A stretch of 64,000 bases of DNA from Alistipes sp. (GTDB lineage Bacteria > Bacteroidota > Bacteroidia > Bacteroidales > Rikenellaceae), in assembly GCA_020026435.1 (NCBI GenBank), contig JAHHQK010000002.1, positions 55,518-119,517 on the forward strand, read 5' to 3'. The position numbers were made by a program, and so were the translations under genes. This document shows, piece by piece, positions 41,800 to 50,511 of the stretch. Numbering within the stretch: position 1 is the first letter of the stretch; each line of letters begins with the position of its first letter. The notes below the pieces were generated by a model. It saw nothing but the letters and a program-made list of their open reading frames with translations. It did no database searches and was not told the DNA's origin.

Positions 41800-44598
41800 T
41801 TAGTTTGGCGACACATATTTGTAGATTGCTCTTTCCCGGACTATATAGAGATCTCCATAGATGTAGAACAGCCCCAGGACGCTCTCCCCGGAGGCTTCCG
41901 TATTGCCTATGTATTGATGTGCATAGGTATGCAGATCGCAGATTGTTGGCGAGTCTCCAGCAAAGGCAATATCCGCCAACGTGTGGTCACAATAAGTCGC
42001 GACATCACCGATACGTGCAATGAAGATATGATCGGTAATCGAAGTGCGCCGGTACAGGTTAAGCGAACCGTTCTCGTTGATGAGCATATATTTGTCCGAA
42101 ATGGATACGATATGTTTGCCGGCCCCGATCTTGGTAAAGCCTGAAATCTGGTGATAACGGCTATCATTGAACCCCGCCTCACGCGAAGTGCAGATGGTGA
42201 GGCAACCGTTCGTATAATCGACATGCACAAGATCTCCATAAAACTGGACATAGTTCAGTCCTCTATGATACACAGATTCCTCTCCGGCAGAATGCAGTTC
42301 CGGTTGCTGGAAGTAGAGGTAATAACTTCGGGAACCATCAACGCGATTGATGGTATAACCCTGCACCAACAACGAAAAATAGCCGCTTCGATAGGTAGCC
42401 CAACCCTGATATGTCTCCGGATAAATACTCATCACCTGTTGCACCGTACCACGATGGTCGCAATAGTAGAAGGTCTTGTTCTCCTCCCGCACAAAGCCCT
42501 CTTCAGCCGGGAAAATATCAAAAGGATGCGAAGATCGATAGATTTCCCGCAAGGATCGCGAAATGACATCAAAGACGAAAAGCCGTCTGTCTGCACTCTG
42601 CACAAGCAGGAAATTCAGGCAACGGATGATCCTCTTCACCGTAAAAGGCATTTCGACAATCTTGATACAGTCATCACCTTCAGAAGGTTGGTCGCTCTCG
42701 ATCAGGCCCGGCATCTCCGTAAGTTCGCAGTTACTCATATCTTCAACTGCCGATAATTCAATGGAATTTACCGAATAGGCCGCCTTCAGATATTTGTCAT
42801 CGCATAATACGGTATTCATATCAAGATGTGCCGAGGTAAAGACATCACCGGCGAGTCGCTTGCTCGGCAGTTGTTTGTAGCGTAACGCGCCCTGAACAAT
42901 ATGGCCGACAAGCGTATCGTAGTCGTTCCGACCCTTCGTATGCCACAAGCGTGTAGGGTTGCCATCCGCATCAATAAAATAGAGCGCATAAAGCAAACGA
43001 TCATTCGGCACATCCGGGATGTCGCTTACCGGAAGCGTGATATTCATCTCCACATTGTTGGCCGGATTTATAAGACTCTCCAGATGCAAGCCTTTATCAT
43101 AGACCTCTCCGGCATCAATCGTTATATTCATTGCCGAGAAGGTGGCATTCTCCATATGTCCCGAGGTAGAGCCGATACGATCGCTATCCGAGTAGTTGAT
43201 CTTTCCGATGAGTGTTTGTCGGAAGTAGAACTGCCAGGTGCCGTCCTTGGGAATTCCGGCAATTTCGATTTTGATGTTCTGTTCGGCTCCGGTTTTAACC
43301 TCAGACACGATATCTGTTTCTGCACTTGACCAGGCTCCCGATTCCGTAAGATAATAGATTGCGCCAGCGGCTACAAGGCGCACACCATAGTGTACGCTTA
43401 CGGAATAGTTCTCCGAGGGCGGTGAGTAAATACCCCAGCTCCATTGGCGATGATAGGTCTTGATGGAGAACTCCCATGCTATAGGATAATTGCACTGCCT
43501 GACCTCCCGTCCTGCCGTATAGATACTCTCGCCCTGGTGGGCATCATCTCCGCAGAAACACAAACTGTCACCGCTTTCGGTGAAGTCCAGGAATCCATAA
43601 GGATCATTCCACATCTCCTTATCGAAGAACCCCAGGCGGCCGGCAATGTTGTCGAGCGATTTGTTTTTGACATTGACCGTGATTCTGCGCAATGCAGGGA
43701 CAATATCAAGCGTGCTCTCACCCATAACATAGATGCCGCGACTCCACATATTTTCCATGATATCACGCCCTGCGGAGGTAACTACGGCAACACTCGGCTC
43801 GGCGACAAGACGCGTTGCCTCGTTGTCTGTGGCAATGATACCCTGAGGCAGTTCAGAGCCGATCTCAAAGAATGTGACGGGCCGGGAGGTTTGGTACAAC
43901 GATATGGCCCGGCGAATGTGTAACGCACCACTCGACTGGAAAATCTGTCCGGCAAATGGCAAAAGACAGAGTTCCAGAATATCGCGGTAGGTCGGCTTCT
44001 CATAGACATAGTAGAGTCTTTCCAGGTCGATGTAGGTCTGCGTGAGCAGGGAAAGGCTTTCGTTCATACCATCGGCATAAAGATCGAGCCAATCCGAGAT
44101 TGGCATATCCAACTCCATCAGCTCCAGGCTACGCGACATCAACTCAAACAACGATTTCCGGCCCGATACACCGATCGTCATCAGATCGTAGAAGAGATAA
44201 CTTGACAGGAGATTGAAACCATCGACTGCCTTGATCGTAACCGTATAGGGAGGGGCTGTGAAACTCTCCGAATAGAGATCGGCAGTGACGAAGCCTCGCC
44301 AATAGAGTGCGCCACCACGATAGACCGATACACGAAATTGTCGCGGATCGGAAGTAAACAATGAGAGATAGTGAAAATTCTGTGTGCAGAGAATATTGAT
44401 ACTTGCCTCCGAAGCCTTGATCGGGGCATAGAACTCATCTCCCCGTTTCTCCCAAGTGATCTTCAACGGATCATCTCCATCGAATGTCATCTCCTCAGCA
44501 GATGCCGTATAGCCACGCTCGGCAATCTCTACGCGCCACAGCACCCCGAAATGCTTGCTTCGCATCTCGGCATAGTATTTCAAGCCAAAGTCTGCCAT
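41800..44598 (-). CDS. Large minor tail protein
   Basis: 932 aa; YGLKY-type start, WRVEI, YWRGFV, DLYSESF..PY.V.I.A.DG resembles Bacteroidota siphovirus tail proteins. Confidence 0.6.
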   Translation of the reverse strand: MADFGLKYYAEMRSKHFGVLWRVEIAERGYTASAEEMTFDGDDPLKITWEKRGDEFYAPIKASEASINILCTQNFHYLSLFTSDPRQFRVSVYRGGALYWRGFVTADLYSESFTAPPYTVTIKAVDGFNLLSSYLFYDLMTIGVSGRKSLFELMSRSLELMELDMPISDWLDLYADGMNESLSLLTQTYIDLERLYYVYEKPTYRDILELCLLPFAGQIFQSSGALHIRRAISLYQTSRPVTFFEIGSELPQGIIATDNEATRLVAEPSVAVVTSAGRDIMENMWSRGIYVMGESTLDIVPALRRITVNVKNKSLDNIAGRLGFFDKEMWNDPYGFLDFTESGDSLCFCGDDAHQGESIYTAGREVRQCNYPIAWEFSIKTYHRQWSWGIYSPPSENYSVSVHYGVRLVAAGAIYYLTESGAWSSAETDIVSEVKTGAEQNIKIEIAGIPKDGTWQFYFRQTLIGKINYSDSDRIGSTSGHMENATFSAMNITIDAGEVYDKGLHLESLINPANNVEMNITLPVSDIPDVPNDRLLYALYFIDADGNPTRLWHTKGRNDYDTLVGHIVQGALRYKQLPSKRLAGDVFTSAHLDMNTVLCDDKYLKAAYSVNSIELSAVEDMSNCELTEMPGLIESDQPSEGDDCIKIVEMPFTVKRIIRCLNFLLVQSADRRLFVFDVISRSLREIYRSSHPFDIFPAEEGFVREENKTFYYCDHRGTVQQVMSIYPETYQGWATYRSGYFSLLVQGYTINRVDGSRSYYLYFQQPELHSAGEESVYHRGLNYVQFYGDLVHVDYTNGCLTICTSREAGFNDSRYHQISGFTKIGAGKHIVSISDKYMLINENGSLNLYRRTSITDHIFIARIGDVATYCDHTLADIAFAGDSPTICDLHTYAHQYIGNTEASGESVLGLFYIYGDLYIVRERAIYKYVSPN

Positions 44599-44615
44599 AC
44601 ATCTCCGTTTGGAGG

Positions 44616-44665
44616 TAAAAGTAGTTGTTCACGGCCTACTGACAGACGAACACTGTTCACCTATA
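44616..44665 (-). promoter_or_regulatory. Putative late promoter copy 2 (-7 TACTTTTA plus GAACA-N-TGTTC inverted repeat)
   Basis: 20 of 24 nt identical to 53662-53685, with the same 18-nt spacing to the -7 element. Confidence 0.65.
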
Positions 44666-44694
44666 AAAAACCGAGACCTGTTGCCAGTCTCGGT
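44665..44694 (-). terminator. Intrinsic terminator of the three-gene cassette
   Basis: AACCGAGAC-9nt-GTCTCGGTT with a T run on the minus strand. Confidence 0.7.
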
Positions 44695-44715
44695 TGCGGG
44701 AGGGAACAACAAATA

Positions 44716-44901
44716 TCACCCTATCCGTACCCAGGAGTCTGCTTCGGGAATGACAGCCAGCCCGCCCCATGTCCCGTGCAGTTGTCCGAGGGAATCGATC
44801 ATCTCAACGACTCCCTCACGACCATCATAGCGGTCGTCCTCACCTTCAAGATGGATGATCCGGATGCGGTCACCAATCTTAATGTTTTCGCTCTTTGCCA
44901 T
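44716..44901 (-). CDS. DUF4314-like small protein
   Basis: GDRIRII...GREGVV..IDSLGQLHGTWGGLAVIPEAD. Confidence 0.75.
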   Translation of the reverse strand: MAKSENIKIGDRIRIIHLEGEDDRYDGREGVVEMIDSLGQLHGTWGGLAVIPEADSWVRIG

Positions 44902-44904
44902 ATG

Positions 44905-45117
44905 TTATTGGTTTCTGTCTTCACATTTCCATAGCTCCGCAAGCGCAGCGCGAATCTCATCATTAATCCTTTTGTTGGCCGCAAGAAGTTCATCATAACG
45001 TCTTGTACAACTTTGCATCCTGGCACGCAGGTAGGTCATCTCCTCACGATTCCTTTCGAACTCGGCCTCAAGGCGGTCGATCTTGTGATGTATATGCGTT
45101 ACCATCTCTAAATGCAT
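44905..45117 (-). CDS. Hypothetical coiled-coil protein
   Basis: 70 aa, tightly packed between its neighbours. Confidence 0.55.
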   Translation of the reverse strand: MHLEMVTHIHHKIDRLEAEFERNREEMTYLRARMQSCTRRYDELLAANKRINDEIRAALAELWKCEDRNQ

Positions 45118-45118
45118 T

Positions 45119-45355
45119 TTACTTCCAGCGACCTATACTGTTATCGAATATGTCACAGATCTGCTTCAAAGCCGTACGCTCTTCTTCATAAAGACAGCAC
45201 ACGAAATCATCGTTACTATAATAGCAACCATCGTCTTCCGGCTCATCGAAACAACGCTCATTAGCTACCCCGAGTATCGCCTCCATTGCTTGTAATTGAT
45301 GCGGAGTTATTCCACTGATTGTATAAGTACCGGATTTGGTAATCGTAATTTTCAT
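45119..45355 (-). CDS. Hypothetical acidic protein
   Basis: 78 aa, AT-rich leader, first gene after the promoter at 45388. Confidence 0.6.
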   Translation of the reverse strand: MKITITKSGTYTISGITPHQLQAMEAILGVANERCFDEPEDDGCYYSNDDFVCCLYEEERTALKQICDIFDNSIGRWK

Positions 45356-45387
45356 AACTCACTATGCTTTAATCATTTGATGTGCCA

Positions 45388-45395
45388 CAAACATA
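45388..45395 (-). promoter_or_regulatory. -7 element (TATGTTTG) of the three-gene cassette
   Basis: TAnnTTTG on the minus strand. Confidence 0.6.
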
Positions 45396-45454
45396 ACACC
45401 TCCTTTTGAGAAACGCAAGTTAATACGCTACTTATTCCCCTTATTGGCAATCAT

Positions 45455-46615
45455 TTACAGATCATAGGCAAAGTTATCGGACTTTTCCAATCTCTCTATT
45501 TCCCGGATAGTTGATATGATGCGATAGAAGACCTGCGGGACAATGGCATTGCCGTAGCATTTGATCGCCTGCGTGCGCCAACGCACGGCTACATCTCCTC
45601 GATGCTTGCGCCCGGTGCAACCTTTAAAAACGGCCGCAGGATCCAACCATTCGGAAAACCCATCATCTCCTCTACATACAGGGGATTGAGTCGGGAAATT
45701 GTCCCAGTCTGGTATGGTGTGTAACATTTGATATGAGTTGTCGAGTCGTCGTTGTTCCCGAGCATATGACAATTCGCTGTTTCCTGTTCCCGAGGGGCTG
45801 GAAGTAAATCCATTGCACTCAATCGACCCAAACTTACACCTCCTTCTGTCCCTCGGCCGCTGATTTTCCTCAGAAGTCCCGACACATTGACTATGTAGCG
45901 GTCGTTTACTCCTATTATGCTGCCCATTGTTGCATCGCTTGCCGTTGGTGTCGGCAACATTCCCCGTAGATACGCCCCTGCAAGATTGTTGCGCCTGATT
46001 TGTGAAGGCGGCATCGATGAGTTCTGTGCATCGCACGTTGTCGGAGTCGGCAATAATACTTTGCGAGACCCCGGTTTGGTGAGATCCTCTATCTCCTTCC
46101 CGTTTTGTATTGCTACAGAGGTGTGCAACAAACCAGGTTCGGTATCGTTGATGCGGTGCGTCGACACCGCAAGCTGGAAGTATATACGGTTGTACTTCGT
46201 AGCCTTCAATTTCCAAATCAGCACACACCTGCTCGAATACCAGTCCTTGCGACCAATTAACAATTCCGAGAACATTCTCGCCCACGACCCAGCCGGGACG
46301 TATCTCATGTATTGCTCTAAGCATTTGCGGCCAGAGATATCGGTTATCTTCCGTCCCTTTTCTCTTGCCTGCAATGCTGAATGGCTGGCAAGGGAAACCT
46401 CCGGTGAGGACATCGATGCGTCCTCTCCAAGGAATAAAGTCTGTATTTCTGATATCAACATATTGTATGGCATTGGGGTAATGGTAGTGAAGTACCGCAC
46501 GGCAGAATGGATCAATCTCACAATTGAATAGATTCTCAAAGCCTGCCCAATCGGCAGCGACTTCAAAGCCACCTATACCACTGAAGAGTGATGCATGAGT
46601 CATCTTTGTGGCCAT
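45455..46615 (-). CDS. DNA cytosine-C5 methyltransferase, alpha polypeptide (lacks motif IX)
   Basis: Motifs I FSGIGG, IV GFPCQPFS, VI ENV, VIII QRYRTWF, X YGNAIVPQV. Confidence 0.9.
   Translation of the reverse strand: MATKMTHASLFSGIGGFEVAADWAGFENLFNCEIDPFCRAVLHYHYPNAIQYVDIRNTDFIPWRGRIDVLTGGFPCQPFSIAGKRKGTEDNRYLWPQMLRAIHEIRPGWVVGENVLGIVNWSQGLVFEQVCADLEIEGYEVQPYILPACGVDAPHQRYRTWFVAHLCSNTKREGDRGSHQTGVSQSIIADSDNVRCTELIDAAFTNQAQQSCRGVSTGNVADTNGKRCNNGQHNRSKRPLHSQCVGTSEENQRPRDRRRCKFGSIECNGFTSSPSGTGNSELSYAREQRRLDNSYQMLHTIPDWDNFPTQSPVCRGDDGFSEWLDPAAVFKGCTGRKHRGDVAVRWRTQAIKCYGNAIVPQVFYRIISTIREIERLEKSDNFAYDL
45589..46473 (-). CDS. Nested alternative-frame polypeptide carrying LPTP repeats and C5-MTase motif IX (beta subunit); start uncertain (46473, 46461 or 46413)
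   Basis: 327-codon open frame inside the MTase gene with LLPTPTTCD, MLPTPTASD and RLNPLYVEEMMGFPNGW. Confidence 0.75.
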   Translation of the reverse strand: MPYNMLISEIQTLFLGEDASMSSPEVSLASHSALQAREKGRKITDISGRKCLEQYMRYVPAGSWARMFSELLIGRKDWYSSRCVLIWKLKATKYNRIYFQLAVSTHRINDTEPGLLHTSVAIQNGKEIEDLTKPGSRKVLLPTPTTCDAQNSSMPPSQIRRNNLAGAYLRGMLPTPTASDATMGSIIGVNDRYIVNVSGLLRKISGRGTEGGVSLGRLSAMDLLPAPREQETANCHMLGNNDDSTTHIKCYTPYQTGTISRLNPLYVEEMMGFPNGWILRPFLKVAPGASIEEM

Positions 46616-46619
46616 AGTG

Positions 46620-47393
46620 TCAATAGTTTGTTGTTATCCACTCCTCCTGACGGCGACGCGAGACTTTCGATGCAGTAATGGTTCGCTCGATACGGTGGAT
46701 ATGCCAACCGTATTCCCGGACATACTGCTCAATGAGCCGATGAGGGAACATCGTCAGCATAAACTTTCCCTTGACCTTTGCAAGCGTGTCGAGCGAGTGT
46801 TGAAAATCCTCCTCGTTGAACGTGCCATTGTAATGCCCGCAATCACTTCCCACATAGGGAGGATCGACAAAATGGAATGCCCGATCGCAATCATAACGGC
46901 GGATAAGATTCGTGCCATCCTCGCATTCAACGGTCACATTCTCCAGGCGCGAACACAACTCCTCGGTAAAGGCATCTTTGGCATTGCGCAATTTCTGTGA
47001 GGTCGTGCCGGTTCGGTCGTATCCGAATGTACCGTCAAGCATACTTGCAAAACCCAACTTCGAACATACCCATACGGCCCAGGCCCGTTCCACGGGCGTG
47101 AAGAACATCGGATGTTGATTGATGTGTTTGGCGTGTGCATGGATTTCGCGGCTATGAAGCGTAGAATCGATCATCTCTTTGAGTGCCGCATACTTCTGTT
47201 GCGCCACACGGTAAAAATTCACCAACTCGGTGTTGGTGTCATTGATCACCTCACAGTCTGCCGGAAACTTGGCAAAGAGCACGGCACATCCGCCACAAAA
47301 GGCCTCGGTATATAACGAGTGGTCGGGAATAAGCGGCAGAATATGCTTCAGGAGAGTCTGCTTCCCTCCATAGTAAGATATGGGAGTCTTCAT
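46620..47393 (-). CDS. DNA adenine methyltransferase (D12/Dam family)
   Basis: SYYGGK, EAFCGG, EVIND, DPPY. Confidence 0.92.
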   Translation of the reverse strand: MKTPISYYGGKQTLLKHILPLIPDHSLYTEAFCGGCAVLFAKFPADCEVINDTNTELVNFYRVAQQKYAALKEMIDSTLHSREIHAHAKHINQHPMFFTPVERAWAVWVCSKLGFASMLDGTFGYDRTGTTSQKLRNAKDAFTEELCSRLENVTVECEDGTNLIRRYDCDRAFHFVDPPYVGSDCGHYNGTFNEEDFQHSLDTLAKVKGKFMLTMFPHRLIEQYVREYGWHIHRIERTITASKVSRRRQEEWITTNY

Positions 47394-47879
47394 CTAAAAC
47401 TTCAATTTCAGGATTAACAGTAACAGCAACAACGCCACAAGTGAAACTGCAAGCCACTTGAGCCAAAGCATCCCTGCAGTGTTGGGGCACTCATCGACTT
47501 GCGACTGCTCCTCGTTGCGCGCTGCTGTATTGATACGGCTTCGCGAAATGCTGTCCGTATGGGTCGTTCGATCAAGAGCAGTTTCAATCTTGGTGTGAAT
47601 AATGCGCTTCGGGGTCGGATGCGACACCGACACTTCGGACATCAGGTCTTTGGCAACAAGCGTATCGGTGGGCGGCAACTGCGGTCGTGGAAAGTCCGAA
47701 TACTCGATGATCGTCTGATGGAGCGTTGCCGTCATATGTTCCATCTGCTCATGGATAAGACGCACAAGAGTCGAGTCCGAGATTTCCATTGCTGTATGCT
47801 GGTGCGTCTGCACATTGCGCAGGGGCGAACACCCGGGCATTAGAACAATCGCAAGAATAAGGATTATTTTTTCACACAT
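47394..47879 (-). CDS. Lipoprotein with C-terminal TM helix, candidate unimolecular spanin
   Basis: Signal with MPGC lipobox; C-terminal WLAVSLVALLLLLLILKLK. Confidence 0.6.
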   Translation of the reverse strand: MCEKIILILAIVLMPGCSPLRNVQTHQHTAMEISDSTLVRLIHEQMEHMTATLHQTIIEYSDFPRPQLPPTDTLVAKDLMSEVSVSHPTPKRIIHTKIETALDRTTHTDSISRSRINTAARNEEQSQVDECPNTAGMLWLKWLAVSLVALLLLLLILKLKF

Positions 47880-48205
47880 TGCATCATCTGCTTTACTCGT
47901 TTCTGCCGTTCTTCAAGAGTCATCATATTGTTGGAGGGGACATTATCCCATGGCATCGGGAACATCTCCACCATCGGTTTCCGGTCTTTGCGCTCCAGCT
48001 GGATACTCGTCAGTACCCACACCGACCACCGCTCTCGCTCCCAGTCCTGACGCTCGCGATCGCGTTCCCGTTTGGCCCAGCCCAACCAGGCATATGAAAA
48101 CTCAGCCGGTGTCAAGGATTCGAATACATCGGGATGCAGTCCCATTTGTCCGACTCCTATGGCGTACCATCGCTCATAGGTCGCAGGCTGGTGCTCTTCA
48201 CCTCT
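47864..48205 (-). CDS. Tail assembly chaperone T segment, in frame with G across a TGA
   Basis: WYAIGVGQMGLHPDVFESLTPAEF resembles gpT-type domains and begins upstream of the only nearby ATG (48145). Confidence 0.65.
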   Translation of the reverse strand, partial: RGEEHQPATYERWYAIGVGQMGLHPDVFESLTPAEFSYAWLGWAKRERDRERQDWERERWSVWVLTSIQLERKDRKPMVEMFPMPWDNVPSNNMMTLEERQKRVKQMMQCVKK

Positions 48206-48544
48206 TCACTGTTCCGCCGGGAGAATATCTCCCAATCGGTCGGTCAAGGGGGTTATGCTCTCCGCAAAGAGCTCATAGAGTCTCGGGATGAGTGCGGGTT
48301 CATCATCCAGCATATCCCAAACCTCATCTTCCGTATATCGCGTGGTGAGTCCAGAACGGCGTGCGCCCTCGTTCAAGGCCTCCATTGTAAGCGAAGCCAG
48401 ATGATCGAGCAAGGCAAACCCCATATTGTTCCCACCCTCCATTGCGGACTGGAACTCCATACCATATTTGCGAGCGAAATTGTTAATCACCCGCAACGAG
48501 AAATTTACTGGTGTTGCAACCCCTTTGATAAGGATCTCTTTCAT
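48206..48544 (-). CDS. Tail assembly chaperone G
   Basis: 112 aa acidic protein directly after the tail tube gene. Confidence 0.7.
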   Translation of the reverse strand: MKEILIKGVATPVNFSLRVINNFARKYGMEFQSAMEGGNNMGFALLDHLASLTMEALNEGARRSGLTTRYTEDEVWDMLDDEPALIPRLYELFAESITPLTDRLGDILPAEQ

Positions 48545-48981
48545 TCCTGTTCGCTATTGGTGGCCGGGGTCAGATCCCCGCTGCCCGAGAGTGAGAAGTT
48601 GTAGGTCGAATTGTCCCCGGCGGGAGTTGAGAGAGAAAAAGAGGTGATATATCCCTCTCCCGAGTAGGTCTTAGTCAGGCCCGATACAGGCGATTTGAGC
48701 ACGACCTTGACGAGTTTCTTGGCGAGCACCAGCGCAAGGACATCCTCCGATGTGTGCGATGTAGCGATTGTAGGGTCGATGACCACCAACCCATCCCCGT
48801 CTACTGACCAGGTGATGTCGCCAGGGTACTTTTCTTTCCCCTTGGTATCCTTGGTACGGAGATCTTTGAGCTCAAGATCGACTTTCAACGAATGAGTTGT
48901 GGCGTGCAGCGTGGGTTTATCGTCAATGAGGATAATGATATCCTCTCCCTGTACTACCCGTTTGGATGTAGATTCCGGCAT
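48541..48981 (-). CDS. Major tail tube protein
   Basis: TKDT...WSVDGDGL...YSGEGYITS.S...YNFSLSGSGDL (TP901-1-like). Confidence 0.8.
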   Translation of the reverse strand: MPESTSKRVVQGEDIIILIDDKPTLHATTHSLKVDLELKDLRTKDTKGKEKYPGDITWSVDGDGLVVIDPTIATSHTSEDVLALVLAKKLVKVVLKSPVSGLTKTYSGEGYITSFSLSTPAGDNSTYNFSLSGSGDLTPATNSEQE

Positions 48982-49002
48982 AATTCTATTGTTTTTATTG
49001 GT

Positions 49003-49359
49003 TTATACAATTCTGAAAAGGAGCGTTACACTGTGTAAATCGCAGTCAGGGAAATACTCCGTACCGCTGGACTTATAGCGACAATATTTGCCATCTATCT
49101 TCGCGCCTTCCAGTGCTGCAATGGCACGATGTCGCAACTGCTCAACCGAAGCGTAACGATTGTCATAGAAGGTAATTTCAAATGTGGTTACATAACCCGC
49201 AATCCCCGATAGCGTACGCACGGGTGTCTCCTCCGGCACGGTATAGACGGCAAAAGGCGTGGCTGTACGTTCATCCACCGCTCCAGCCTGGATGCGTTGT
49301 TCCATCTCCGGTAGAGCCGTCTCCAACAAGTGGAGTATTTCGATTTTGAAATCTGTCAT
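49003..49359 (-). CDS. Tail terminator/completion protein
   Basis: Gene position and PFAVY motif. Confidence 0.65.
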   Translation of the reverse strand: MTDFKIEILHLLETALPEMEQRIQAGAVDERTATPFAVYTVPEETPVRTLSGIAGYVTTFEITFYDNRYASVEQLRHRAIAALEGAKIDGKYCRYKSSGTEYFPDCDLHSVTLLFRIV

Positions 49360-49886
49360 TTGACAACCCGTTTGAAGTTTTTATTGATAAACTTCTCGAC
49401 TGCCCGTGCGAGGTTATCGCCAAACGAAACAATCAGACGTTGTGAGTTCGCCGTATAGGCCTGCTCCAGGTAAGGTGTGGGCTTGATGCCTTTCACACTT
49501 CGGACAAAGACCTTCTCACCCTGCTCGTTAGTGAAGACCAGCAGATGCTTCCCTTTCTTGCGGGGTATGCGGGGATCTGCAGTTCCTTCATGGATGAATT
49601 TGCCGTAGTACTGATTTACCGCACCATTCTTTTTTGTGCGCTCAAATACTGGTTTTACGGCAATATCTACTTCTGACTTGGAGGCTGTTCTGTCCTTGAA
49701 ACGTACGATGCGTAGCTGCTTGCGCAACCTGCCGCTACGCACCGGAACTCTGTTTTTGGCTGTCTGAAGCATCGGTCGTGCAGAGGTGCGCAAAGCTGCC
49801 AACAACATGCTTTTCTGCATCGTATTGGGCAATTCGTCCAGAATACGTTTGGCTTCGGCATAACCCTCGACTTTAACTTTCAGCAT
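49356..49886 (-). CDS. HK97 gp10-like neck protein
   Basis: VPVRSGRLRK, YYGKFIHEGT, PTPYLEQA. Confidence 0.8.
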   Translation of the reverse strand: MLKVKVEGYAEAKRILDELPNTMQKSMLLAALRTSARPMLQTAKNRVPVRSGRLRKQLRIVRFKDRTASKSEVDIAVKPVFERTKKNGAVNQYYGKFIHEGTADPRIPRKKGKHLLVFTNEQGEKVFVRSVKGIKPTPYLEQAYTANSQRLIVSFGDNLARAVEKFINKNFKRVVK

Positions 49887-50184
49887 CACTCTTCATTGTT
49901 TTCAGATGCAACCGCCAACGACGACCCTCCGCGTGTATGGATGTTATCCGATGTTGTGCTCCTCCATCGTTTACAATCATACCCGCACGCAGTCCCTCCC
50001 GATAACGAATGGTGTAGACCACCTCGTTCTCATGCACTATACGGCCGGCATAAAGGTTCTCACGACCTCCGGATTCTGTCCTCTGTGCATAGCATACGGC
50101 GACACGCATCAGTTCCTGAGTGCGATCGTTGTATTCATCGCGCATCTGACGATATTCCAGGATTTCAATGCGCGTATCAAACAT
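49873..50184 (-). CDS. Head closure protein (SPP1 gp16-like)
   Basis: TRIEI...RDEY...YTIRYREG...ITSI; start at ATG 50184. Confidence 0.75.
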   Translation of the reverse strand: MFDTRIEILEYRQMRDEYNDRTQELMRVAVCYAQRTESGGRENLYAGRIVHENEVVYTIRYREGLRAGMIVNDGGAQHRITSIHAEGRRWRLHLKTMKSDAES

Positions 50185-50500
50185 CTTCATCCGAGGAATA
50201 AGGGTGTACACGCCAGGGTTGCAACAGTTTCTCGGCCGTAAGCGGCAACGTGGTTGCAGAACGCCCTACCAGCACATCGCTCTCATTATCGAAAAGAGTC
50301 CCCAGTGTCAGAAGAACGGCCGCTCGGATGGAAGCAGGGAGACTTTCAGCAGAAAACTCCTGCGTGAGTTTCCGATTCGTATAATCCTCGGCTATGGCGA
50401 AAGCCATCTCCAGATACTCCTCAACAAGCCGATCCATCGACTCATCGTCTCCGATGCGCAGGTGCGCCTTGGCAAGTTCCAATGACACGGGAACTGACAT
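50177..50500 (-). CDS. Head-tail connector (HK97 gp6-like)
   Basis: VSLELAKAHLRI...EDYTNR...AVLL...LLQPWR. Confidence 0.85.
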   Translation of the reverse strand: MSVPVSLELAKAHLRIGDDESMDRLVEEYLEMAFAIAEDYTNRKLTQEFSAESLPASIRAAVLLTLGTLFDNESDVLVGRSATTLPLTAEKLLQPWRVHPYSSDEDV

Positions 50501-50511
50501 AACTCCGCTGA

